A stretch of 64,000 nt of DNA from the NCBI GenBank assembly GCA_937127445.1, contig CAKZLY010000030.1:74023-138022 (forward strand). Direction: 5' to 3'. How positions within the stretch are numbered: the stretch's first letter is position 1; each line of letters begins with the position of its first letter. This DNA is from an uncultured Ignavibacteria bacterium. GTDB taxonomy: Bacteria; Bacteroidota; Ignavibacteria; Kapaibacteriales; UBA2268. The position numbers and the translations under genes are program-made. The notes beneath the pieces were generated by a model. The model did no database searches, was not told the DNA's origin, and saw only the letters and a program-made list of their open reading frames with translations. Of this stretch, positions 29,479 to 38,397 are shown one piece after another.

Positions 29479-30897
29479 TTAATATCTGTAAGAAACTCCG
29501 AGCAAAATATTCAGAGGTTTTTGTTTCAAGATGTAATTTGATAGAGTAATTGGATTTTCATCATTTCCATAGGCAGTGCGTTGCTCGGAAAAGTCAGTCC
29601 AGCGGAGTACTCCATCAATGCGAACTCCTTTGGATAGATAGAGGCTACCACCGAGAGAAAAAGTAGATTTAGCTGCGTTTGGAATATCTAATTGGTAAGG
29701 AGAAGTAGTTTTTGCGTAGCTTGCTCTTGCTTCGAGAGGCAGTGCAGGGAATTTATATTCAGCACCGAACCCCCAGGTAGTTTGACCGACAAGGTGTCTT
29801 ATAATCATACGATTTAGAATATCAAACTGTTCGGCAACTTCTGCTGATACATCAGAAAACTTCATTTGAGTAACGTCCTGATATTCAACTCCTGTTGAAA
29901 AAGTAAGACCAAGCAGATGAAAAGAGACTCCCGCACTATACACAAAAGGTGTTCTAATATTATAGGAATTGTTACCCTGCTGGGTTGTATCGAATCTGTC
30001 GACAATACCTTGGGGGTTTTTGTCGAAAATCACATCGTGCGAAACCGAGAATTTTTCATCAACTTGATACCAGGTAGGTAGTTTTATGGAGAAAGAAATT
30101 CTCATAAAGTCTTCGATTTTACCTATTAGACCTAACTGAGCAGTAATTCCAGAAACATTTTGTTTTATTTTTTCTTTAACTATGAGTTTATCGAAATCGT
30201 CAATTTGCCATTTGTTGTAAATATTAAGTTCATCCCATTCAATGAATTCTCTTGAATACTCGAAGGAACCCCATTTACCGGTAATAGAGAAGCCAAGAGA
30301 GACGTTCTCGCCAACGTCAATCCCCAAACCCCCGGTTATGTTGTGGGTGCCACCCATTTCGTCAACGAAAGAGGTTTGGCGAAGAGAATCTTTGATATTG
30401 GTATTTCCGCTAATATCAGCAAGAAGCAAATCATAAGTCCAGCGTTTTTTTGCCTGGGACTGCTGAAGAATATAACTTGATTGAGTATTAAATATATCGT
30501 AGTCGTAACTTTTTTTGAAATCGTTATCTCTGAAATATCCAATAGCAACCGTAGTAATACCATTAGTGCCACTAATTGGAGAAGCTAATGCTAAATGGCT
30601 CAAATATTCATTATTAATATTAAAATTACTCTTTTTGCTTAAAATATTAACTTCATTACCAATATGGGAAAAGCCAAAACCAACGGAAAATTCATTTTTA
30701 GGGATAAGTGCTAATCCAGCAGGGTTAGCAACCAGCGCATTTATATCATCGGCAATTCCGATGTAAGAAACGTTTAGCCCTACTGCACGAGAAGTGATAA
30801 AATGCTGTGTGTTTGCGTAACGCAAAGCATCTTCAATAAACTGAGCTTTTGCAAAAGATACTGACAAGAAAATAAATATAAATATAGTTTTTTTCAT
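29479..30897 (-). CDS. FadL/OmpP1-family outer-membrane beta-barrel
   Basis: Signal peptide MKKTIFIFIFLSVSFAKA; DALRYA...SRAVGL...ANPAGLA hatch motif; C-terminal GVSYRY. Confidence 0.8.
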   Translation of the reverse strand: MKKTIFIFIFLSVSFAKAQFIEDALRYANTQHFITSRAVGLNVSYIGIADDINALVANPAGLALIPKNEFSVGFGFSHIGNEVNILSKKSNFNINNEYLSHLALASPISGTNGITTVAIGYFRDNDFKKSYDYDIFNTQSSYILQQSQAKKRWTYDLLLADISGNTNIKDSLRQTSFVDEMGGTHNITGGLGIDVGENVSLGFSITGKWGSFEYSREFIEWDELNIYNKWQIDDFDKLIVKEKIKQNVSGITAQLGLIGKIEDFMRISFSIKLPTWYQVDEKFSVSHDVIFDKNPQGIVDRFDTTQQGNNSYNIRTPFVYSAGVSFHLLGLTFSTGVEYQDVTQMKFSDVSAEVAEQFDILNRMIIRHLVGQTTWGFGAEYKFPALPLEARASYAKTTSPYQLDIPNAAKSTFSLGGSLYLSKGVRIDGVLRWTDFSEQRTAYGNDENPITLSNYILKQKPLNILLGVSYRY

Positions 30898-30910
30898 AGT
30901 AACACCTAAT

Positions 30911-31945
30911 TTATCTTGTTCGTCTGTTAGCAGGTTCTTGTTGATTTTTTTGTTGTGCTGGTTTCGAATCATTGTTAGAACTGCGTGATGGAGCATCGCT
31001 CTGGCGAGGCGAATCGTTACTTGCGGGAGCAATTCTATCGCGCGATGGAGTATTATTGGTTCTATCAGGAGTTGGTTCAGATATAGTTCTGCGAGTAGGT
31101 GGTGCGGGCTGCTCGCCTTTTTGAGAACTTTCATATTTAGTGTCGGAGGAGGGACTATCGCTTTGTTTTATTTCTCTATCGGAAATATTATCCTTTGTTC
31201 GCTCATTTCGTGGAGTATTGAAAGCATCAGAGTTCGGACGCGACGATGAACGGACATTTTTATCGCTGGGTTCATTCTGAAAAATTGTCTTTGAACCTGT
31301 TTGAGTAGAAGGGACTACATCTGTTCCACTGCGACGATTTACGGGCTGATTGCTTTCGTTAGTTGCACCGATATTTGAGTAGCTTCCTCGGCTTGGACCG
31401 AAATCTCTATATGTGTCTTTTCGTGGTTTCTGCGTTATATGTTTATATTCAGGATACCAACCAGGATGATAGCAATAAGGGTAGTAATATGGATATGGTG
31501 TATAGACAGGATAAGGGTAATAAATTACGGCATAGTTATATGGGCGATATCTTGAAAAATAAGACCAGTCGTAGTAATAATCATAACCATAGGAAAAATA
31601 AATATTGCCGTAAAGAGGAGCATAAATTAAGGAATATCGAGGAGGTGCCCACCAGGGATAATATCCGTTATATGTGAGCGGATGGTAAAAATAGTAGTTA
31701 TTCTCTACTACAGTTGTTTTTTCGTTTATAGGATTCTGGTTAACGTAATATGAATAATCATTGGTTTTAGTTGACTTATCAACACTACTGTTATTCCCAT
31801 TGCTAACGGTAGTAGGATTATCTACTATTGTAGGTTTGTTGTTGTAACCATAATAATTATCTGTTTTGTTCATAGTTGAACAAGAAGAAAGAAGTATAGT
31901 TATAATAAACAACGAACCAAGCGATATGTAAAGTTTCGTTTTCAT
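30911..31945 (-). CDS. Lipoprotein with Tyr/Pro-rich core and disordered Arg/Ser-rich tail
   Basis: Lipobox LSSC; low-complexity composition. Confidence 0.75.
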   Translation of the reverse strand: MKTKLYISLGSLFIITILLSSCSTMNKTDNYYGYNNKPTIVDNPTTVSNGNNSSVDKSTKTNDYSYYVNQNPINEKTTVVENNYYFYHPLTYNGYYPWWAPPRYSLIYAPLYGNIYFSYGYDYYYDWSYFSRYRPYNYAVIYYPYPVYTPYPYYYPYCYHPGWYPEYKHITQKPRKDTYRDFGPSRGSYSNIGATNESNQPVNRRSGTDVVPSTQTGSKTIFQNEPSDKNVRSSSRPNSDAFNTPRNERTKDNISDREIKQSDSPSSDTKYESSQKGEQPAPPTRRTISEPTPDRTNNTPSRDRIAPASNDSPRQSDAPSRSSNNDSKPAQQKNQQEPANRRTR

Positions 31946-32088
31946 TTTCTTGTTCCTTAGTTATAACTCTTTATTATATCTACGATATAGTACCAATTTT
32001 GTTTCATTAAGTTTTAATAATTTAAAATATATATAGTTTTCTTAAATTGAATTGTTAAATTTGCATAAACAAAAAATAATTTTGTCAA

Positions 32089-34305
32089 ATGAAACAGAAC
32101 AATCAGGAAACTTTGTTTCAAAGAATTTCTTCACGCGATAACGTCAAGGACGAACTATCGAAAGCTCGTTTTTCGTTAAAACTTAAAATATTGATTATTT
32201 TATTGACTGTAGCATTATGCAGTATATGTTTCATCTATCAGATAGACCCTTCGTTTGATGTACAAAATAGGTATAATTTAGTTCCCGGCTACTTCTGGCG
32301 TGGGAGCACACTTGTTGCTGACTACCCTTTCCCAATATATAAATCATCAACAGTATATCAAAGTGAGGTTCGTCAGGCTCGTGAAAATACTAATTTTGTA
32401 TTTATTCTTGACAAAAGTGCTGAGGCAATTTCAATAAAAAAAATCAATTCTATTTTGGATAGTTTAAAACTTCTGAATACGGACAGAGTTGATGAAAAAA
32501 ATCTTGAACAATTAGTTTCCCTGAAAATCATTCAATCGCTTAAAAATTTGTCGAAGAACGAACGAAATGTTAAAATATCAAAAATGAAAGAACTAATTAA
32601 TCAATTTTTAAAAGAGGTATATAATAGCGGAATTGTTAATATTAATGCAGACAAAATTAAATTAGATGCAATAAGTGTAAGGGTTTCTCCCAATCGAGAA
32701 ACAATTTATCCGAAAAGTTCTTTGCTCGATAAGGGGTCGTTCCTAACTAAATTGAGGCAATTTGCAGAATTACGCTTTGAAAATGACGAAAATTTAGTTA
32801 TTGGAATAGTTTATCGAAACGTTCACCCCAACTTATTATATTCTGAGGAATTAACAGAACGTCAACGCCAGATCAATGAAAAGTCCGTCCCTAAAACTAT
32901 TGGAATAGTTCGTAAAAATGAGATAATAATTAACAAGGGTGAACGCCTAACAGAAGACAATATCCAAAAAATCAAATCCTACAACATTTCGAAAGTGATG
33001 AGGGACGAAAACGTTACAACTACGTATAATATTATTGGGAGCATTGGACACGCCGCGATTATTTATACAATTTTGCTTCTTTATTTATTTTTCATAAGAA
33101 AGAAAATCTTTACTGATAATTTGCATTTGCTGATATTGAGTGTTTTGCTGGTAGTGGTGTCTGCTACTGCGTGGATTACGGTGAATATATATAGCGAAGG
33201 TCCGATAGAGTATCTAATATTTCTGCCAACTTTGTCTATGGTGATAGCGATTTTGTTTGACTCGCGAACAGCGTTTTATGCAACGGTAACGATGGCTTTG
33301 ATGATTTCCGGAATTCGAGGGAACGACTACTCTACTGGAACTGCAATGCTTTTTGCAGGGATACTTGCTGCTTATACAGTGCGAGATATTCAGAGCAGAA
33401 CTCAGATTTTCCGTTCAATATTTTATATATTTATTGGTTTAGGTTTGGTTATTATCTTTTTCGGGTTCGAACGCTCTGATGAATGGAACAACATATTCTC
33501 AAAATTACTTTTTGCGGGGATTAATGCTGTTGTTGCACCAATCTTAACATTTGGTGGCATATACATTGTAGAAAGCTTAACTGATTTAGTAACTGACCTG
33601 AAAATCAAGGAATTTGATGATTTAAATCACCCGTTGTTATTGAAAATGAATGATGTAGCACCAGGGACATATCAGCATACAGTAGGCGTTGCATTCTTTG
33701 CCGAGAGGTGCGCTCAAGCAATCGGTGCGAATCAGCTACTTACGAAAGTTGGAGCATATTTTCACGATATTGGTAAGATATCTAAATCAGAGTACTTCAC
33801 AGAAAATCAAATTGAAATTGGGAACAAGCTAGATTTTTTGCCACCCAAAAGAAGTGCAATTGCAATTAAAGAACACGTTACCGATGGTATTGAATTGGCA
33901 AAACAATACAAAATTCCTAAAAAAATCATTGATTTTATACCGATGCACCACGGAACAACCATTATAAAACACTTTTATGCAAAAGCATTGGAAGAAGCTG
34001 CCGAAAATAGCTCTAAAGTTAATGCCGATGATTTTCGCTATCCAGGACCAAAGCCAAATTCAAGGGAAACAGCAATACTTATGATTTGTGATGCTGCCGA
34101 AGCTATTTCAAGAGTTAAAGATTATGATAAAGATGATATTATGAAAAAAATAAATCAATCAATTGATGAAAAAATATTGGATGGACAATTTGATAATTCA
34201 AATTTGACTTTCGAGGATGTCAAAATTATCAAAGATACTATCAATAAAATTATAGTTGCTAAGTCTCATCATAGAGTTGTATATAAAGAAATACCCCAAA
34301 AATAA
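32089..34305 (+). CDS. 7TM-HDIG phosphohydrolase (PgpH-like cyclic-di-AMP phosphodiesterase)
   Basis: Extracytoplasmic 7TMR-HDED region, 7 TMs, APGTYQH, FHDIGK, YFTENQ, HHGT, FRYPGPKP, ICDAAEA. Confidence 0.9.
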   Translation: MKQNNQETLFQRISSRDNVKDELSKARFSLKLKILIILLTVALCSICFIYQIDPSFDVQNRYNLVPGYFWRGSTLVADYPFPIYKSSTVYQSEVRQARENTNFVFILDKSAEAISIKKINSILDSLKLLNTDRVDEKNLEQLVSLKIIQSLKNLSKNERNVKISKMKELINQFLKEVYNSGIVNINADKIKLDAISVRVSPNRETIYPKSSLLDKGSFLTKLRQFAELRFENDENLVIGIVYRNVHPNLLYSEELTERQRQINEKSVPKTIGIVRKNEIIINKGERLTEDNIQKIKSYNISKVMRDENVTTTYNIIGSIGHAAIIYTILLLYLFFIRKKIFTDNLHLLILSVLLVVVSATAWITVNIYSEGPIEYLIFLPTLSMVIAILFDSRTAFYATVTMALMISGIRGNDYSTGTAMLFAGILAAYTVRDIQSRTQIFRSIFYIFIGLGLVIIFFGFERSDEWNNIFSKLLFAGINAVVAPILTFGGIYIVESLTDLVTDLKIKEFDDLNHPLLLKMNDVAPGTYQHTVGVAFFAERCAQAIGANQLLTKVGAYFHDIGKISKSEYFTENQIEIGNKLDFLPPKRSAIAIKEHVTDGIELAKQYKIPKKIIDFIPMHHGTTIIKHFYAKALEEAAENSSKVNADDFRYPGPKPNSRETAILMICDAAEAISRVKDYDKDDIMKKINQSIDEKILDGQFDNSNLTFEDVKIIKDTINKIIVAKSHHRVVYKEIPQK

Positions 34306-34338
34306 TTTTGTTTAATTATTAATAATAAGGAGCTTATT

Positions 34339-34512
34339 ATGGAAAAAGAAGAAATGCTCACCGCTAAAAAAGTTGCTGAAAAACTCGGCGTTACCGAAGC
34401 AAAAGTGAAAAAAGTAATTAAGGAACAAAATATTGAGCCGGATGCTAAGCGTGGTGCTTGCAATTATTATGCGCCGACAACAGTTGAAAAAATCAAATCT
34501 TTAATTGATTAA
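34339..34512 (+). CDS. Small (57 aa) helix-turn-helix-like protein, absent from the ORF track
   Basis: AAGGAG RBS, then MEKEEMLTAKKVAEKLGVTEAKVKKVIKEQNIEPDAKRGACNYYAPTTVEKIKSLID*; fills the gap between two plus-strand genes. Confidence 0.75.
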   Translation: MEKEEMLTAKKVAEKLGVTEAKVKKVIKEQNIEPDAKRGACNYYAPTTVEKIKSLID

Positions 34513-34525
34513 CATAAGGTGATTT

Positions 34526-34765
34526 ATGACTGATTTGGAATTGTTTGATGCAGTGGATAGCATCATCAATAAAGATATTCGCCCATTTATTGAAGCAGAT
34601 GGAGGCAAAATAAACTTAAAAAAGGTGGAAGACGGAGTGGTTTTCGTTGAATTAGCGGGTGCTTGTGCAGGTTGTCCAGGTGCTGTTATGACACTGAAAG
34701 GTGGAGTTGAGCGAATTTTGCAGATGAAAATATCAGAAGTAAAAGAAGTTCGCTTAGCTATGTAA
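34526..34765 (+). CDS. NifU/NfuA C-terminal domain Fe-S carrier protein
   Basis: IRPFIEADGG...LAGACAGCP...TLKGGVE. Confidence 0.92.
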   Translation: MTDLELFDAVDSIINKDIRPFIEADGGKINLKKVEDGVVFVELAGACAGCPGAVMTLKGGVERILQMKISEVKEVRLAM

Positions 34766-34825
34766 TTTTAATAAGCGTTAAATACAGTTTCTTATGAATT
34801 TTGGGCGGTAGGGCTGTTTTATAAT

Positions 34826-34852
34826 CTTCGGAAGGTTTCGAGCCTTCCGAAG
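34826..34852. repeat. REP-like palindromic hairpin
   Basis: CTTCGGAAGG-TTTCGAG-CCTTCCGAAG perfect 10-bp stem in intergenic DNA. Confidence 0.5.
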
Positions 34853-34948
34853 GTTTAATTTTTAAAATTCCATTTACTCATAACCATCATTATAAAGTAC
34901 TATTTCAAAAGCAAGACTGTTCAAGACTAACTTCTTGTCGTCTTTAAT

Positions 34949-34977
34949 AAAAAAGCTACCCCAAAGGTAGCCTTTTT
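34949..34977. terminator. Intrinsic terminator downstream of mce
   Basis: AAAAAAGCTACC-CCAAA-GGTAGCCTTTTT. Confidence 0.75.
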
Positions 34978-34993
34978 ATCATGAAAAGAACGA

Positions 34994-35395
34994 TTATTTA
35001 TGTTGGCAAATTTCAGTCAGAACCCCATTAGTAGATTTGGGATGCAAGAAAGCGATAAGCATATCGTGAGCACCGGGGCGTGGTTCTTCGTTGATAAGTT
35101 GGATTCCAGTTTCTTTCAATCGAGCAAGGTCTGAACCGATATTATCAGTGTTGAAAGCGATATGATGTATTCCTTCGCCTTTTTTTTCAATAAATTTGGC
35201 AATAGGAGAATCCTCTCTTGTTGGTTGGGTAAGTTCGATTAACACATCGCCAACTTTGAATGAGGCAATTGAAACGCCTTGTTCTTCGACAACTTCACGA
35301 TGAACATCACCAAATTGAAAGATTTTTTTGAAAAGCTCTATACTTGCTTCCAAATCTTTAACTGCAATACCGATATGATTAATTGACGTAAGCAT
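34994..35395 (-). CDS. mce: Methylmalonyl-CoA epimerase
   Basis: INHIGIAV, EQGV, IELTQP, GEGIHHIAF, PGAHDMLIAFLHPKSTNGVLTE. Confidence 0.93.
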   Translation of the reverse strand: MLTSINHIGIAVKDLEASIELFKKIFQFGDVHREVVEEQGVSIASFKVGDVLIELTQPTREDSPIAKFIEKKGEGIHHIAFNTDNIGSDLARLKETGIQLINEEPRPGAHDMLIAFLHPKSTNGVLTEICQHK

Positions 35396-35470
35396 TATAT
35401 TTCCCATAAAAAAATGAACAAACACATTCAAAATTAAAGAAATTCGGGTAATAAACCAAATTCGAGAAAA

Positions 35471-36079
35471 TTATTTAGATAAAATTTTATCAAAATGATG
35501 ATAATCTTTAAACGATTTGAATTCTCCACCCCATCGCCAATCTAATTCTTTGAATTTTTGGACGATAGGACAATCAGAGGTAAAGGTGCCAGTTTTCTTT
35601 GGGTTATATTTAGCCCCTTTGGGAGAAATTCGTCCGTCGCTATAAATAACAGGATTATTGAAAGGATTAATATCGACTGCAAGCCCATAAGAATGAAGCG
35701 AAAGGCGATTTGTCCCAGCAATTGTTCGATAATTGAAAGAAGAAGAATTATTATTCGCCATTGAAGCAGAATCTGACCAATTATATTTCACAATTGGGAT
35801 ACATTTATCGACGAGGAAGCGTTCGTTTCGAATAAGTTCGAAAACATCTTCAATATCTTTTTGAACAGAATTATTTACTACGAGTTGTCCGCGATGAAGT
35901 TTTCCATCGAAAGAATAATAGACAACGTTAAGCAAAACAAGGCTATCGGTAATTTCTTTGGAAGCAGTTGTCCCTTCAATTGCATCTTCAAATGAAAGGT
36001 TGCTATCAATAATTAAATTTGTTAGAGACAATTGAAGCGACACAATGAACAGAAATATTATTTTTGAAACACAATTCAT
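35471..36079 (-). CDS. M15-family metallopeptidase (peptidoglycan peptidase)
   Basis: FNYR...SLHSYGLAVDINP...WRWGG...DYHHF. Confidence 0.88.
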   Translation of the reverse strand: MNCVSKIIFLFIVSLQLSLTNLIIDSNLSFEDAIEGTTASKEITDSLVLLNVVYYSFDGKLHRGQLVVNNSVQKDIEDVFELIRNERFLVDKCIPIVKYNWSDSASMANNNSSSFNYRTIAGTNRLSLHSYGLAVDINPFNNPVIYSDGRISPKGAKYNPKKTGTFTSDCPIVQKFKELDWRWGGEFKSFKDYHHFDKILSK

Positions 36080-36138
36080 ACTAAATATTCGTCTTTTATA
36101 TGTTTATGATGAGTTAAATTAATTAATGATATTGATTT

Positions 36139-38181
36139 ATGAAAGGGAAATTTATATTAAACGCACAATATAAGCCGGCAGGCGACCAACCAAAAGCAAT
36201 TCGAGAGATTGTCGAGGGACTTAACCGTGGCGATAAGCATCAAACATTATTAGGAGTAACAGGTAGCGGGAAAACATTTACGATAAGTAACGTGATTGAA
36301 CAGGTGCAGCGTCCAACTTTGGTTATTTCGCCAAACAAAACACTGGCAGCGCAGCTTTATAGTGAATTTAAAGCTTTTTTCCCGGAAAATGCGGTCGAGT
36401 ATTTTATTTCATATTATGATTACTATCAGCCCGAAGCATATATTCCACGAACTGATACTTATATTGAGAAAGATTTTTCGATAAATGATGAAATTGACAG
36501 ATTGAGACTTAAAGCGACAAGTGCATTAATAGAAGAGCGTCGCGATGTGATTATTGTTGCGAGTGTGAGTTGCATATATAGTATTGGTAAAAAAGAAGAT
36601 TTTATGGAACTAATCCTGCCGTTAAATATAGGAATGAATATTTCGCGGAAGCAACTTATTTATAAACTGGCAGACTTGCATTATACGCGAAACGATGTTG
36701 ATTTTCAACGTGGAAGTTTTCGTGTCCGTGGCGATTATATTGATGTTATCCCTGCATATGAGAACAAAATTGGCGTTAGAATTGAACTATTTGGTGATGG
36801 AATTGAAAGCATAAGTTACATTGATGCTTTTTCAGGGAAAACATTATCCAAACTCGATTATATGGTAATTTATCCGTCGAAATTGTTTGTAACATCAGAA
36901 AACAAGTTAATACAAGCAATGAGTAGAATAAAAGACGAGCTTCACGAACGGCTTAAAGAATTACGCGAAGAAGGAAAACTTGTCGAAGCACAGAGATTGG
37001 AGCAACGAACTTTGTTCGATTTAGAAATGATGCGAGAAGTTGGTTATTGCTCGGGGATAGAGAACTATTCAATGCATTTATCGGGACGCGATTTTGGGGA
37101 ACGACCTCATTGCATTTTTGATTATTTCCCAGAAGATTATTTGTTGGTTATAGATGAAAGCCATATCACAATACCACAAATTCGAGGTATGTATAATGGC
37201 GACAGGGCAAGAAAGACAACTCTTGTCGAGCATGGATTTCGTCTGCCATCTGCACTTGAAAATAGACCTCTGAAATTCGATGAATTTGAAAGTTTAATTA
37301 ATCAGGTGATTTTTGTAAGTGCCACTCCAGGAGATTACGAACTGGATAAATGCGGAGGGGTTGTTGTCGAACAAGTAATTCGTCCGACAGGCCTACTTGA
37401 CCCAGAAATAGATGTTCGTCCGACAAAAAATCAAATAGATGACTTGACAGGAGAAATAAGGAAACGTGTTGCGAATGGTAACAGGGTGCTTGTAACAACG
37501 CTAACGAAAAGAATGGCAGAGGATTTGGCTGAATTTTTGCATAATATTGATATAAAAGTAGATTATATACATTCTGATATAGATGCTTTGAATCGAGTTG
37601 ATATAATTCGTCGTCTTCGATTGGGAGAAACGGATGTATTAATAGGGGTAAATTTGTTACGTGAGGGGTTGGATTTGCCGGAAGTATCGCTTGTTGCAGT
37701 GTTGGACGCAGACAAAGAAGGTTTTTTGCGAAGCGAGCGTTCACTTTTGCAAGTTGCTGGACGAACAGCACGGAACGTCGACGGATTGGTAATACTATAT
37801 GCTGATAAGATTACAAATTCAATGCAAAAGGTAATTGATGAAACAAATCGCCGTCGAAAATTGCAGGAAGAATATAATAGAAAGCATAATATTATTCCGA
37901 AGACTGTATATAAGAGCAAAGATGAGATACTGTCCTCAACTTCTGTTGCTGATATATCGCAATCACGCAACAAGCAGAAGCAGGAAGCAATGTTGAAATC
38001 GCAGCTGAAAGCAATTGACCCGATATTAGAAATGCTCAATCATAGCAACAAGCAAAAGATTATAGCGCAGCTTACAGAACAAATGAAAATAGCAGCAAGC
38101 GAGTTGAATTTCGAGCTTGCTGCCCGCCTCCGCGACGAAATAGAACTATTGAAGGAAGAAGAGGTAAAAAAAGGACAATAA
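36139..38181 (+). CDS. uvrB: Excinuclease ABC subunit B
   Basis: GVTGSGKT, YYDYYQPEAY, DESH, SATPG, NLLREGLDLPEV, C-terminal UVR domain. Confidence 0.98.
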   Translation: MKGKFILNAQYKPAGDQPKAIREIVEGLNRGDKHQTLLGVTGSGKTFTISNVIEQVQRPTLVISPNKTLAAQLYSEFKAFFPENAVEYFISYYDYYQPEAYIPRTDTYIEKDFSINDEIDRLRLKATSALIEERRDVIIVASVSCIYSIGKKEDFMELILPLNIGMNISRKQLIYKLADLHYTRNDVDFQRGSFRVRGDYIDVIPAYENKIGVRIELFGDGIESISYIDAFSGKTLSKLDYMVIYPSKLFVTSENKLIQAMSRIKDELHERLKELREEGKLVEAQRLEQRTLFDLEMMREVGYCSGIENYSMHLSGRDFGERPHCIFDYFPEDYLLVIDESHITIPQIRGMYNGDRARKTTLVEHGFRLPSALENRPLKFDEFESLINQVIFVSATPGDYELDKCGGVVVEQVIRPTGLLDPEIDVRPTKNQIDDLTGEIRKRVANGNRVLVTTLTKRMAEDLAEFLHNIDIKVDYIHSDIDALNRVDIIRRLRLGETDVLIGVNLLREGLDLPEVSLVAVLDADKEGFLRSERSLLQVAGRTARNVDGLVILYADKITNSMQKVIDETNRRRKLQEEYNRKHNIIPKTVYKSKDEILSSTSVADISQSRNKQKQEAMLKSQLKAIDPILEMLNHSNKQKIIAQLTEQMKIAASELNFELAARLRDEIELLKEEEVKKGQ

Positions 38182-38360
38182 ATATAATAACTATTTTTGC
38201 CGCTTTATTAATAATAATTCAAATTATTCATTTCTATTAAGAAATAAATATGAAATACTCAAAACGTGATTATGTAAAAATGAAATAAACTTCAAAAGCA
38301 AATTAGTTTTTTATTTTTATTAATTTCCATACTCCAATTTTTTTTCTCATTTTTTAATCT

Positions 38361-38368
38361 TAATTTTG
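38361..38368 (+). promoter_or_regulatory. Bacteroidota-type -7 element upstream of uvrA
   Basis: TAATTTTG about 30 nt upstream of the ATG. Confidence 0.5.
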
Positions 38369-38397
38369 CTCTTTTATATAATATTATATATTCTATA

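Noticed and set aside
30898..31134. N-terminal extension of the FadL-like ORF overlapping the lipoprotein gene
   Set aside because: The signal peptide begins at ATG 30897; the extension is an alternative frame of the upstream low-complexity tail.
34269..34463. 64-aa minus-strand ORF
   Set aside because: The plus-strand 57-aa ORF has an RBS, an HTH-like pattern and operon context, so this is its shadow.
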